From: a virus
Taxonomy: Duplodnaviria; Caudoviricetes
IMG/VR virus record: IMGVR_UViG_3300037255_000025
Location: 1-64,000 of that record
Reading direction: 5' to 3' (one strand)
DNA: 64,000 nucleotides
The notes under the pieces were generated by a model. It did not search any database and was not told where the DNA came from. It was given only the letters and a program-made list of their open reading frames with translations. This document shows positions 25,566 through 35,595 of the stretch, piece after piece. Each line of letters opens with the position of its first letter. Position 1 is the stretch's first letter. The translations under genes and the position numbers were made by a program.

Positions 25566-25769
25566 CTAGCGCTCGCGAAGAGCACCCGTTCGACGATGGT
25601 GTCGGAGCGCGACCGTGACGACGCGACGCAGCCGCATCATCTCCTCGAACAGGGCGCCGGACCGTGCTCGTAGCGCGTGGGCTTCCTGGTCGAGCCGACT
25701 TCCCTCAATGACGAGTCGGTCCATGTCCGCGACTGCTTGCTGGTCTAGCGCCAAGAGCTTCACCGTCAC
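25566..25769 (-). CDS. Small coiled-coil hypothetical protein
   Basis: GTGA coupling to the upstream gene. Confidence 0.4.
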   Translation of the reverse strand: MTVKLLALDQQAVADMDRLVIEGSRLDQEAHALRARSGALFEEMMRLRRVVTVALRHHRRTGALRER

Positions 25770-26143
25770 GTTCCCGTTCTCCTCGGCGGCCACACGCCGA
25801 CGTTGAAGCCGCACTCCTGGTGGACCATGAGGCCTCGGCGGCTCGATGCCCCGTCGCCGCGCCAGTACAGCACCTTGTCGCCGATGACGTAGTCCTGCCC
25901 ACAGGTGGGACAGACGCCATCACGCTTCGCGCGCCCACGAACGACGTCCGGATCGGGTGGCTTGGGCTTCGCCGGGGCCGCTGCGGGGGTCCTGACCGTG
26001 CCGGGCGCGGTCGGCAACGAGACCGTCAAGCTGTGCTCCCGGACGAGCCTACAGGCCAGCGACGCAGCCGTACGGGCCTCCTCGCGCTCGGGGCTCTCGG
26101 CGGCGAGCGCGAGGAGCTTCTGGAACCGGTCCAGGACGCTCAC
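25766..26143 (-). CDS. DUF2786-like protein with Zn ribbon
   Basis: LDRFQKLLALA..P..EEARTAA..A.RLVREHSL; CPTCG...HQEC. Confidence 0.65.
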   Translation of the reverse strand: MSVLDRFQKLLALAAESPEREEARTAASLACRLVREHSLTVSLPTAPGTVRTPAAAPAKPKPPDPDVVRGRAKRDGVCPTCGQDYVIGDKVLYWRGDGASSRRGLMVHQECGFNVGVWPPRRTGT

Positions 26144-26625
26144 AGGCGTCCCGGGGGCCGTAGAGGTTTCGGCATCGCGTCGACCGCGAGCGCGACCGGG
26201 CGCCCGCGCGGGATGGGGCGACCCCGGTCCGCTCGCGGCAGGTCGACGCCGAGCGCGTCCGCGACTTTCTCGACCCACGCGAGCTGCTTGTCCGACAGCG
26301 GGAAGACACCGCGCTCCCGCACATCTTCGAACGCCCGGAGCGATGTCGCGAACCAGTCTTGCTTGGCCTCGGGCCAGTCGTCCTCCGACTTCACGAGCGC
26401 GTCCAACGCGACGTCGAGCATGGCCCGGTGCAGCCTAGCCTCCGGCGCTTCGCGGCGACAGACGTGAACGCCCACCTGGTTCGCCGCGGCCCAGGCCCGC
26501 ACTTCCTCCGCGGTCGCGGTACACGGCGGCATCGCGCACCCCAGGGACAGAACGGCGTCGGTGCAGTCACCACAAAGGGCCGCGCCTACGTCGGGCCCCG
26601 ATTCACGGCAAAGGGGGCAGATCAA
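26140..26625 (-). CDS. Hypothetical protein with N-terminal Zn finger
   Basis: CPLC...CGDC; LSDKQLAWV; TTGA coupling to alkB. Confidence 0.5.
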   Translation of the reverse strand: MICPLCRESGPDVGAALCGDCTDAVLSLGCAMPPCTATAEEVRAWAAANQVGVHVCRREAPEARLHRAMLDVALDALVKSEDDWPEAKQDWFATSLRAFEDVRERGVFPLSDKQLAWVEKVADALGVDLPRADRGRPIPRGRPVALAVDAMPKPLRPPGRL

Positions 26626-27257
26626 ACTGAACCTCCGGGGCCGATCGTGGTGTGCTCGGGTTCGGCCCAACCCCGGAAAACAAGGCTGATGCGCTCCCCG
26701 ACGACGCGGTCGCGTTTCGGGATCCGGTGCTCCCAGGTGTCCTGCATGCCGGGCGCCATCACGAGCGCGCTGCCGTGCTCGAGCCACACCTCCGCGCGGT
26801 ACGCCGCCGCGTGTTCTTCCTCCGGCCGCGCTACAGCACCCCGAGGCCCCCGCGGGACCTTGCGGCGGAACTGGATCGGGCGCGCGGCCCCGAGCGAAAC
26901 GCTCACGATGGGCCGGGTGTCGTCCATCTCGGGCGAGTCGTCCGCGTGCCACCCGAGGTGGTCGTGCTGGCCCTCGTACCGGTTGAGGAAGCAGACCCCG
27001 TACTCGTGCCCCGTCGCGTACTCGACCGCCGCGCGGATCAAGAGGATCTCCGGCGTGTACGGGCGCGCCTCGTAGGTCCGGCGTCCGCGGCCCCGCCCGT
27101 ACGCGTAGGGCAGCCCACGGTCGTTGCAATGGTACTCATACCGCGGAGCATCGTCCCGTCGCTCCCACGCGAGGTTCGCCCGCAATTCATCGAACAGTTC
27201 CGTCGCGACCGGGCCAGCTAGGAACCCAGCCAGGTACATCACGGGGGCGATCGTCAT
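26622..27257 (-). CDS. alkB: AlkB-family 2OG-Fe(II) dioxygenase
   Basis: LNRY...GWHAD, IVSVSLG, LEHGSALVM...WEHRIPK, RISLVFR. Confidence 0.92.
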   Translation of the reverse strand: MTIAPVMYLAGFLAGPVATELFDELRANLAWERRDDAPRYEYHCNDRGLPYAYGRGRGRRTYEARPYTPEILLIRAAVEYATGHEYGVCFLNRYEGQHDHLGWHADDSPEMDDTRPIVSVSLGAARPIQFRRKVPRGPRGAVARPEEEHAAAYRAEVWLEHGSALVMAPGMQDTWEHRIPKRDRVVGERISLVFRGWAEPEHTTIGPGGSV

Positions 27258-27487
27258 GCCTCTTCTCCGTCGTTTTCTTGGCCGTCGCGCAAGTCCGTCG
27301 TGGGCCCGATTCGGATCGACACCTTGCGACCTCGAACGCTCGCGTAGAGCCCCGGGTCGAACGGCGGGACGTACAAGCCTTCGGGCACGATCGGGTGCCC
27401 CTTGGGTTCACAGGTTTTCGACCAGCACGTCTGCGTCCTTGGATCCTTCATGGGGTTGTAGCCAGGGCCAGGCACGCGGAAGTCTGA

Positions 27488-28821
27488 TTGACATCCTCCC
27501 CTCCCTGCCAAGAGGCGAGGGAGGGGATTCCCGAATCTCACGATCCAGGTTCCTGCTTCAACTCCGACTGCACCGCCTGCCGAAGCAAACGATGACTGAC
27601 ACCGGATCCACAGGCCGACACCGCGTGTCCCGCGGCCAGAATGTTGTGCGCAGCATTCACGTCCCGGTCGTGCGTCGCGTTGCATCGCGGGCACGTCCAG
27701 GCGCGTACGCTGAGCGGAAGATGGTCGACGACGTGCCCGCACGCGCTGCACGTCTTCGAGCTCGGAAAGAAGCGGTCGCACTTCAGAAAGTCGCGGCCGT
27801 ACCACTCGGACTTGTACTCGAGGAACGACACCAGCATCCGGAAGGATGCATCCGAAATGACGCGCGCCAGGCTGTGGTTTTTCAGCATCCCGGAGACGTT
27901 CAGATCCTCGACGACGATCACTTGGTTTTCGCGAACGAGTCGAGTCGTGATCTTGTGCAGGTAGTCCCGTCGCCGGTCGGCGATCCTCGCGTGGTGCTTC
28001 GCGAGCTTCTGCTTGGCCTTGCCCCTGTTCTTCGATCCTTTCTGCTTCCTGGCGAGCGACTTGGAGAGCATGCGCTTCCTCGCCATCTCGTTCTGATCGG
28101 CCCTGATGTTCGGGATCTTCTCGCCGGTCGAGAGCGTGGCGAGGGCAGAGACGCCGAGGTCGATGCCGACCGCGGTCTTGAGCTTCGGCAGCGGCTTGAC
28201 CGCCTTGTCCTCGCAGAGGATCGAGACGTGCCAGCGGCCCGCCGCGTCGAGGCTCACGGTCACGCTCGACGGGTCGGCGCCATCGGGCAAGGGACGGCTC
28301 CAGTGGATGTCGAGCGGCGCTTCCATCTTGGCGAGGTGCAGGGCGCCCGGTTCGAAGCGGAAGGCGCTTCGGGTGAAGGTCGCCGCCCCGCCGCGTCCCT
28401 TCTTCTTGAAGGTCGGGTACTTCGCGCGCTTCGCGAAGAAGTTGGAGTAGGCGCCCTGGAGGTGTCGCAGCGACTGCTGAAGCGGGACGCTCGAGACCTC
28501 GTTGAGGAAGGTCAGCTCCGGAAGCTTCTTCCACGCCGTGAGAGCGCGGTCCTGCGCGGCGTAGCCGATCGACTTCTTCGCTTGGGTCCAGGCCTCCGAG
28601 CGCGCGTAGAGCGCCTTGTTGTAGACCAGGCGTACGCAGCCGAGCGTCTTGCGCAGCAAGGTCTCCTCCTCCGCGGAGCGCGGGGAGAAGCGGTACTTGA
28701 ACGCCCGGAGCACGCTTACCGTTTGACACGTCGTCACGTAAGACGCAACCTAGAACCGGAGCAGCGCTTCCTCCCCCGCCTGGCAGGAGCCGAGGCGGGG
28801 GCTTCCGCGCTGGAAGTCTGA
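27488..28821 (-). mobile_element. Non-autonomous IS200/IS605 (IS1341-like) tnpB-only element, target TCAC
   Basis: RE hairpin with GAAT guide ending TCAA; LE hairpin at 28771-28801 with GAAG guide; AACCGGAG.AGCGC resembles the tnpA 3' end near 36000. Confidence 0.85.
27538..28713 (-). CDS. tnpB: TnpB RNA-guided endonuclease
   Basis: GIDLG / VVEDL / HDRDVNAA; SSKTCSACG..CPRC. Confidence 0.95.
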   Translation of the reverse strand: MLRAFKYRFSPRSAEEETLLRKTLGCVRLVYNKALYARSEAWTQAKKSIGYAAQDRALTAWKKLPELTFLNEVSSVPLQQSLRHLQGAYSNFFAKRAKYPTFKKKGRGGAATFTRSAFRFEPGALHLAKMEAPLDIHWSRPLPDGADPSSVTVSLDAAGRWHVSILCEDKAVKPLPKLKTAVGIDLGVSALATLSTGEKIPNIRADQNEMARKRMLSKSLARKQKGSKNRGKAKQKLAKHHARIADRRRDYLHKITTRLVRENQVIVVEDLNVSGMLKNHSLARVISDASFRMLVSFLEYKSEWYGRDFLKCDRFFPSSKTCSACGHVVDHLPLSVRAWTCPRCNATHDRDVNAAHNILAAGHAVSACGSGVSHRLLRQAVQSELKQEPGS

Positions 28822-29195
28822 GTGAAACGAGCCTTCGGCATCAGCGTCCACCCATGCGATGAACTTCGTGACGTGGTAGTCGACGCCCGAGAAGAACAGC
28901 CCGGTCAGCGGCAACTTCAGCACCCATGCGGCGTCTTCCTCGAAGTCGGTCGCACCAAAGCCCATGCGGGCCGACAGCGTCGCATGTCCAGCCTTGCGCC
29001 CCTCGTGGGTGACCAAGCCCACCTGACCGAGGATGAGCCAGGGCACCTCACGGGTTGCCCCGTCCTCTTGGGCTTCGAACAGGAAGACGCTGCACCGAAG
29101 GCGGTCCGGATAACGGCAGATCCCCCGCAGGTCCGTGATCGGAACGGTCCGGTGGATCTTCGGCGCCGCGACATCCACGCCTTTGCCTGAACGCC

Positions 29196-29405
29196 TCACG
29201 GACCGCTCGCCACCACCAGGTCGAAGCGCGTCTGGAGTCCGCGAACGCTGATGATCGTTCGGCGCGTGCTGTTCTCGACCGTACAGACCACCGACCCATC
29301 CCCCAGCGAGAGGACGGTGACGCGCCGGCCCTTCATGCGGGGGTCCCGCTCCCGGTAGACGTCGCCTACCTGAACCGCGCGCCGCTCAACCCTGGTCTTG
29401 TTCAT
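29196..29405 (-). CDS. Small SH3-like hypothetical protein
   Basis: VQVGDVYRERDPR; GGAGG RBS. Confidence 0.6.
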   Translation of the reverse strand: MNKTRVERRAVQVGDVYRERDPRMKGRRVTVLSLGDGSVVCTVENSTRRTIISVRGLQTRFDLVVASGP

Positions 29406-29422
29406 CTGGACCTCCGCCCCGC

Positions 29423-29447
29423 TCCTTACCTCGTCGCGGGCGCCTTC
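29423..29447 (-). promoter_or_regulatory. Conserved ECF-like promoter motif (alkB operon)
   Basis: GAAG-N15-TAAGGA, separate GGAGG RBS. Confidence 0.65.
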
Positions 29448-29461
29448 GTCCCGGCCCGTGA

Positions 29462-29467
29462 TAGGCT
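29462..29467 (+). promoter_or_regulatory. Extended -10 box, leaderless (tape measure)
   Basis: TGA-TAGGCT-N6-GTG. Confidence 0.55.
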
Positions 29468-29473
29468 GGCGCC

Positions 29474-32035
29474 GTGGCGCTCAACGGCAACGGCGGAATC
29501 GGCCTGGGCATCACCCTCCAAGTAGACGACCTCGCGTCCGGCGTGCTCGACAAGGCCACCGAGGCGGTCGCGCGCTTGGAAAAGGGGCTCGACCGCCTCG
29601 ACCGCCAAAGCCAGAAAACCGCGACATCCGTCGCGAGCGTCGGCAAGGCGATCTTCAACGCGGGCCGCGGGTTCCTCGAAGGCGCGTGGAAGCTCGCGAG
29701 CGGCGCCGGGGGCGAGCTAGAGGCCGCGACACACGAAATCGAGCACTTCGGCAAGGCCACGTCGGAGCAGATGCTCGACGTCAACGAGGCCATCTTCTCC
29801 AGCCAGAACGCCCTCATGGGGTTCACCGCGCTGGACTCCGCCAAGGCGCTCAAGGCACTGGCGATCGAGACCGGCGACGCCCAGAAGGCCCTGGACCAGC
29901 TCTCGCCCGCGCTGTTGTACGCCGGCATCACGGGCAAGAGCGGCGAGGCCGGGGTCAAGGCCATGACGGCCGCGATGCGGATGTTCCCGCAGGAGGGCAA
30001 AGACGCGGGCGAGGTCGTGGACCGGCTGGCGGTCTCGAGCGAGCTGTTCCACCTCAAGGCGAGCGAGATGAGCGACGCGCTCGGGCGCGCGGGCCCCGCG
30101 GCCCAGGCCGTCGGGGCCTCGATGACCGATACCGCGATCACGATCGGCCTGATGAGGACCGGCATGGGCAACCTCAGCAAGACCTCGATGGCCGCGATGG
30201 CGGCGCTCCGCGGGATGGCAAACCCCAAGTTCGGCTCGACCCTGAAGGGCATCGGCATCGACGCCAAGGACGCCGCGGGGAACGCGAAGTCGCTGCCGAC
30301 CATCATGGGCGAGCTGGCCGATAAGGTCGGAAAGACCGGAACGATCACGGACAAGACGCGCGACGCGATGCGCAAGGCGTTCGGCCCCCAAGCGCTCCCC
30401 GGCTTGACGGCGGCCATCAAGGACCTGGCCAAAGGCGTGACGGACTCGAACGGCGTGCTGCACAAGGGCGCCGACGCGGTTCAATACTACTACGACAAGA
30501 TGCACGACAACGAGGGCGCGGCGCGCGCCCTCTTGGACGCTCAGCTCGACACGTTCAAGGGCCAGGAGAAAGTCCTGAACAGCGTCATCACGTCGCTGAA
30601 GCAGGGGCTGTCGGCACCGCTCGCCAGCGCGCTCAAGCCCGCGGTCCGGGAGCTGGCGCTCGCCGGGGCCAAGATCCTCGAATACTTCAGCAAGATGGAC
30701 CCCGAGACCAAGACGTTCATCGCCCAAGCGACGCTGCTCGCGGGCGTGTTGGTGACCGTGCTGGGCGCGGCCTTCATCTTCCTCGGCGGCCCCGCGGCGC
30801 TCGCGGTCGGCGCGCTCATCGCGATCGGCGCCGCGCTGTTCGCCGCGTACCACCAGAACCTGGGTGGCTTCGCGGACTTCGTTGACACGAGCGTGAAGCG
30901 CGTGATGCTGGTGTTCCGCGCGCTCGCGAGCTTGTTCACGCACGACGGTGGACTGAGCAAGGGGTTGTTCGACGAGCTGTCGAACGACCCCGGGTTGCTC
31001 AACTTCGTCCTGAACGTCTACGTGGCCTTCAACAAGGTCAAGGCGTTCGTCATGGGCTTCGTCGACGGGTTCCAGGCGGGCCTCGCGCGGGTTCAACCAG
31101 TCTTCGACGCCCTGGCGGACTCGTTCAAGCGTGTCGCGCAAGCTTTCGGGTTCATGTCGGATGAGGTCGACGTCGACAAGAACGCCGCATCACTCAAGTC
31201 CGCGGGCGAGGCAGGCAAGTGGTTCGGCGACATGCTCGCGAACGCCGCGAGCGTCATCGCCAGAGTTTTCACCGCCGCGCTCGACATCCTTTCTGGCTTC
31301 CTCACCCGGCTAGACGACATGTCCGAAGCCGCAAGCCCCCTCTCGGAGGCGTTTGAGACGGTCAAGCTTGCCTTGACTGAGCTGATGGCCGCTTTCGGTG
31401 AGAGCGGCGACAGCTTTGAACTGTTCGGCGGGCTCCTCGGCGACGTCATCACGATCGCCATCGCGGTCGTCTCTAACGGCATCGCGACCATCGCGGGTGT
31501 CTTCCGCGGCGTGGTCAACATCTGGGCCGGCGTCATTAAGGCGCTCACCGCTATCTCGAACGGGGACTGGACGGGCCTGTGGCAGGGCATGAAGCAGGTC
31601 GTCTACGGGGTCGTGACCCAGATCCTGTCAATCCTCGGAGGCCTCACGGGCGCCATCCAGGGAATCCTCGGCGCAATCGGGATCAAGATGCCGGACGTGA
31701 AGGGCATGATCAAGAACATCGACGCCGAGCTGAAAACGGCGATGTTGGGCGTACCGATCGCGGACGTCCGGAACCAGGCCGCTACCGGAGGCGCGGCGTC
31801 AGTCGTGACTCCGCTGGAGTCGGAGTTCTTCGCTCCCGCGAAGGCCCCGGCGGCTGCCGACATGCCTGCTGTCGCCGGAGCGCCGTCGGCTTTCGGTCCC
31901 GCCGCGTCGCCGGGCGTTCCCTCGGTGACGTCCAAGCTCAACATCACGAGCCAGCTTCATCTGGATGGCAAGGTCCTGTACGAGGAGCTGAAGCAGTACG
32001 ACGTCGCCAGCAAAGACGACTCCGGGGTGCACTGA
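29474..32035 (+). CDS. Tape measure protein
   Basis: 853 aa helical protein, TP901-like core, hydrophobic segment, GDWTGLWQG repeat, LHLDGKVL terminus. Confidence 0.9.
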   Translation: MALNGNGGIGLGITLQVDDLASGVLDKATEAVARLEKGLDRLDRQSQKTATSVASVGKAIFNAGRGFLEGAWKLASGAGGELEAATHEIEHFGKATSEQMLDVNEAIFSSQNALMGFTALDSAKALKALAIETGDAQKALDQLSPALLYAGITGKSGEAGVKAMTAAMRMFPQEGKDAGEVVDRLAVSSELFHLKASEMSDALGRAGPAAQAVGASMTDTAITIGLMRTGMGNLSKTSMAAMAALRGMANPKFGSTLKGIGIDAKDAAGNAKSLPTIMGELADKVGKTGTITDKTRDAMRKAFGPQALPGLTAAIKDLAKGVTDSNGVLHKGADAVQYYYDKMHDNEGAARALLDAQLDTFKGQEKVLNSVITSLKQGLSAPLASALKPAVRELALAGAKILEYFSKMDPETKTFIAQATLLAGVLVTVLGAAFIFLGGPAALAVGALIAIGAALFAAYHQNLGGFADFVDTSVKRVMLVFRALASLFTHDGGLSKGLFDELSNDPGLLNFVLNVYVAFNKVKAFVMGFVDGFQAGLARVQPVFDALADSFKRVAQAFGFMSDEVDVDKNAASLKSAGEAGKWFGDMLANAASVIARVFTAALDILSGFLTRLDDMSEAASPLSEAFETVKLALTELMAAFGESGDSFELFGGLLGDVITIAIAVVSNGIATIAGVFRGVVNIWAGVIKALTAISNGDWTGLWQGMKQVVYGVVTQILSILGGLTGAIQGILGAIGIKMPDVKGMIKNIDAELKTAMLGVPIADVRNQAATGGAASVVTPLESEFFAPAKAPAAADMPAVAGAPSAFGPAASPGVPSVTSKLNITSQLHLDGKVLYEELKQYDVASKDDSGVH

Positions 32036-32616
32036 TGGCCAACGCGCTTCCCACCACGGCGACACCTCCTCGCGTGACGTTCCAGAATCTCGCCAACGGC
32101 GTGACGATGAACGCTCAGTACAACCCAAGTACCTTCGAGGAGGACATCGGCGCCGTCTACCAGAAGATCAAGATCCAAGGGCTCAGCCACCAGGTGCTCC
32201 AGTTCGAACACACCGAGAACTACACGGCCAAGTTCGACCTGACGTTCGACCAGTTCTCGACCAGCCTCGCGCGCGGCCTCTCGGACAACATCATGACGGC
32301 GCGCAACAACATCCTGAGCTGGGTCTACCCGACCCGCGCGGGCTCGGGCTCCGTCGCGTCCGGCGGACCCGGCCGGATCATGTTCGTCTGGCCCCTGATG
32401 GTCTCGCTCACGGGCGTCATCACGAAACTCACGTTCAAGAACAAGCGCTTCGCCTGGGGCGGCGTCGACCCCACGACCCAGACGGGCGCGCAGCAGAACA
32501 CCGGCAGCCTGGTCGCGACGTGGTTCACGGTCTCGGTGACGCTCGAGGCGATCCGCGACACGCCGATCTACGCGGACCAGATCGCCGCGTCGGGCACGGT
32601 TTGGTCCGGGACCTGA
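32035..32616 (+). CDS. Tail tube initiator / CIS-tube-like protein
   Basis: AQYNPS...IQGLSHQVLQF...FDLTFD...FVW...GVITKL. Confidence 0.75.
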   Translation: MANALPTTATPPRVTFQNLANGVTMNAQYNPSTFEEDIGAVYQKIKIQGLSHQVLQFEHTENYTAKFDLTFDQFSTSLARGLSDNIMTARNNILSWVYPTRAGSGSVASGGPGRIMFVWPLMVSLTGVITKLTFKNKRFAWGGVDPTTQTGAQQNTGSLVATWFTVSVTLEAIRDTPIYADQIAASGTVWSGT

Positions 32617-32630
32617 GCTAGGATCGCCCC

Positions 32631-32984
32631 ATGGCAGGCCCCACCTCACGGTACTCCCGGGACTACTTCTGCACCGGTCAGCTCGACGCCGATGGGCTTT
32701 TTTTTCTGAGTGAGCGCGTCCCCTTCCGGTACCAGCCGTTCGACGACACGATCGAGCGCATCGCGGTCGCGGGGGACACGTGGTGGTCGCTCGCGTTCAT
32801 GTACTACGGCGCGATCCCGAACGCGGCGAACCTGCTGTGGTACGTCATCGCGGACTTCCAACCCGTGCCGGTCGTGGACCCGACGATCGCAATCGTCCCG
32901 GGCACGACCGTCTACGTGCCGAGCCTCCAGACGTTGCTGTCGGATATCTGCTCGGAACAGCGGCGCAAAGATTTCACGGCGTAG
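32631..32984 (+). CDS. LysM / tail-X-like baseplate protein
   Basis: GDTWWSLAFMYYG...LWYVIADF...PGTTVYVPS. Confidence 0.8.
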   Translation: MAGPTSRYSRDYFCTGQLDADGLFFLSERVPFRYQPFDDTIERIAVAGDTWWSLAFMYYGAIPNAANLLWYVIADFQPVPVVDPTIAIVPGTTVYVPSLQTLLSDICSEQRRKDFTA

Positions 32985-33144
32985 TCTGAGAGTTGGGGCG
33001 CCGAAGTCCGGATCTCGTGTGAGATCCCGCGCGAAGCGACCAAGCGCGAAGCCAGGGGCATCGCGGCGCTCATCCGGTCCTTCGGCGAGTAGGCGACCAA
33101 CCGGGCCTAGTTCGAGGCCACCCCGGCCATGGTAGATTCCAGCC

Positions 33145-34377
33145 ATGGCGCTCGACCGGTCCAACCCCGTCATGTTCGTGCGGATCGGCCCCGCGGGCTC
33201 GCAGAGCTTCCAGCGTATCCCGGTCGCGATCCGGCTTGAGAGCCTCACGTTCGACGAAGAGGAGCGCAAGCAGGACGTCCTGAGCATCATGGTCGACAAC
33301 CACGACCTCGCCAACTTCGACACCCCGCTGTTTGCCGTGGGCAACGTCATCGAGGCCGTGTGGGGGTACCCCGGCGCGATGTCCCGGGTGCGCGAGTGCA
33401 CGATCACGAAGATCACCGGGTCGCTCAAGCTCAAGGTCGAGTGCAAGGGCGCGGCCCACGTGGTCAACCTGGTGCAGCAGTGCCGGATCTTCAACAACAT
33501 GAAGCGCTCCGACATCGCAGCCCAGATCGCGACTGAGGAGGGCTACAGCGGCGCGAACCAGATCATCCAGCCGACCAAGACGACGCTCGACCAGGTCCTC
33601 CAGGTCCGGATGACCAACGCGCAGTTCCTCCGCGACATGGCCCAGCGCGAGAACTACGGCTTCTACATCGACTCCTACGGCTTCCACTTCCACGCCCGGA
33701 AGCTGCTGAACGTCCCGACGCGAACGTTCGAGTATTTCGTGGGTCAAGGCAACGGCGACATCGAGAGCTTCAACGTCGAGGGCGACATCACGGCCAAGCC
33801 CGCGGTCGTGATCGCGTCGGGTCGGGACCCGCTGCTCAAGAGCAACTTCGCCGTCTACAGCGACAACCAGAACCAACCCGGACGCCCGACCAACGCCGCC
33901 CAGTCGATCTTCAAGGCCGCGGCGGTCGTGTCCGCCGCGGGCGCCGTCATGGTGGACCCAGCGGCCGCGGCCGACCAGGGCGCGACGACGAGGCGCGGGA
34001 CGACCCGGACGACCTCGGACGACGCCCAGACGAGCGTCAACGCGAGCCAAAGCACCGCCGAGCAGAAGGCCGTCAAGGTCACGCTCCACTGCGTCGGCGA
34101 TGCGCTGATCGAGGCCAAGCAGACCGTCACGCTCAAGGGGTTCGGCCAGACCCTCGACGGCAACTACTACGTCGCGGGCGCGAAGCACACCGTGGGCCCG
34201 GGGTACAAGATGGCGCTGAAGCTCCACCGGAGCGGTGTCGGGTCGTCGACGGGCCTGGGGGCCAACGCGGACCCGAGCGACGGCACGGACAACACCGGCA
34301 CGGGCCCGACGGCCGCGAGCCAGGTCCCGACGGTTCAGGTCAACCCGGACGGCAGCGTCTCCTGGGTGGGGGGCTGA
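33145..34377 (+). CDS. Baseplate hub protein (phage late control D family)
   Basis: WGYPG, SDIAAQIA, TNAQFLRDMAQRE, GD...GFG..LDGNYYV..AKH. Confidence 0.85.
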   Translation: MALDRSNPVMFVRIGPAGSQSFQRIPVAIRLESLTFDEEERKQDVLSIMVDNHDLANFDTPLFAVGNVIEAVWGYPGAMSRVRECTITKITGSLKLKVECKGAAHVVNLVQQCRIFNNMKRSDIAAQIATEEGYSGANQIIQPTKTTLDQVLQVRMTNAQFLRDMAQRENYGFYIDSYGFHFHARKLLNVPTRTFEYFVGQGNGDIESFNVEGDITAKPAVVIASGRDPLLKSNFAVYSDNQNQPGRPTNAAQSIFKAAAVVSAAGAVMVDPAAAADQGATTRRGTTRTTSDDAQTSVNASQSTAEQKAVKVTLHCVGDALIEAKQTVTLKGFGQTLDGNYYVAGAKHTVGPGYKMALKLHRSGVGSSTGLGANADPSDGTDNTGTGPTAASQVPTVQVNPDGSVSWVGG

Positions 34378-34402
34378 GCGTGATCATCTCCCCTCCCTGC
34401 GC

Positions 34403-35572
34403 TCAGGAGAGCGCGAGGAAGGGGCTTCTCGGAACAGAAAGAGCCCCAGCGCTCTCCTGCCTCCGAAGGCGCTGTCCGCGCCGATCGATGTTGATTCCGG
34501 CGTTGACATCGCGATCCAGCACGAGCCCGCAATGCGGGCAGCGATGGACGCGCACGCCGAGGCCCTTCCGGACCACAGCGCCGCAGCCGGAGCATTCCTG
34601 GGAGGTACCGCGTGGATCCACGGCGGAAAACTCGCGGCCGGCGCACTCTGCCTTGCCGTCGGTGATCGTCGTGAACTGTGCCCACGCAGCGTCGAGAACT
34701 TGTTTCGCCAAACGCCCGCGCGCGAGGCCGATGACGTTGAGCTTCTCCACGGAGATCGAGTCGAAGTGATGCACCAGGTAGAGCGCCACCTTGTGGTGGA
34801 AGTCGAGCCGCACGCGACCCACGCGAGCGTGATGCTTGCGAAGCAGCACGACGGCCTTGCGGCGTCGCCGCGAGCCCTTCTTCCGCCGAGAGACGCGTTG
34901 CTGGGCAGCAGCGAGCCTCCGGTGAGCGGTCTCGTAGGGCCGCGGGTTGTCGATGCACTCGCCGGTCGAGAGCGCTGCGAAGGTCGTGATCCCCACGTCC
35001 ACGCCGACGCTCTTGCCCGTCGACGGCAGAGGCTTGGTCGGCACGTCCTGGCAGACGAACGCGATGTACCAGTGACCGTCGCCGTCGAGCGAAACGCTGG
35101 CCTGCTTGATCCGGCCCTGCATGGGTCGGTGGAGCTTGACCTTGACGTTGCCGATCCCCGTGAGCTTGACCCGCTTGCCGCCCGCGAGAAGCCGCACGCC
35201 GTTGTGGTTCGCGGCGTCCTTGAACGTGAACGTCGAGTAGCGGTCGCGGCCCTTGAAGCGAGGGAAACCGGGCTTCTCGCCGGCCTTGAACCGGCGAAAG
35301 AAGGCGCGCATGGCGCGGTCGAGCCGCGTGAGCGCGTCTTGCAAGAGGTGCGTGTGGATCGCGGCGTACTCGGGGCGGACCTCGCGGACCTCGCGCAGCT
35401 CGGCCATCTGATCGTAGGCCGAGAGCGTGACGCCTCGCTGGCGGTACGCCTTGATCCGCTCCTCGAGCGCCGCGTTGTAGAGCTCGCGCAGCCGGTAGGT
35501 CGTCTCACGCAGCGCAGCGTCCTGCGCTCGCGTCGGAGCGAGACGGTAGCGGTAGACACGAACCACGCGCAT
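34403..35572 (-). CDS. tnpB: TnpB RNA-guided endonuclease
   Basis: GVDVG / SVEKL / LDRDVNA; TSQECSGCG..CPHCG. Confidence 0.95.
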   Translation of the reverse strand: MRVVRVYRYRLAPTRAQDAALRETTYRLRELYNAALEERIKAYRQRGVTLSAYDQMAELREVREVRPEYAAIHTHLLQDALTRLDRAMRAFFRRFKAGEKPGFPRFKGRDRYSTFTFKDAANHNGVRLLAGGKRVKLTGIGNVKVKLHRPMQGRIKQASVSLDGDGHWYIAFVCQDVPTKPLPSTGKSVGVDVGITTFAALSTGECIDNPRPYETAHRRLAAAQQRVSRRKKGSRRRRKAVVLLRKHHARVGRVRLDFHHKVALYLVHHFDSISVEKLNVIGLARGRLAKQVLDAAWAQFTTITDGKAECAGREFSAVDPRGTSQECSGCGAVVRKGLGVRVHRCPHCGLVLDRDVNAGINIDRRGQRLRRQESAGALSVPRSPFLALS

Positions 35573-35595
35573 AATGTACTTCGTTCGGACATCAC

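Larger units (their letters stand above)
27254..29199 (-). pseudogene. Hypothetical gene split by an IS (29199-28822 joined to 27487-27254)
   Basis: Removing 27488-28821 gives an in-frame 204-codon ORF (...AEGSFH|SDFRVPG...) coupled to both neighbours. Confidence 0.8.

Noticed and set aside
20021-35572. Nuclease-dead TnpB (TldR-like) or Cas12f system
   Set aside because: All three complete TnpBs keep the RuvC D/E/D residues, lie within IS ends and have no array nearby.
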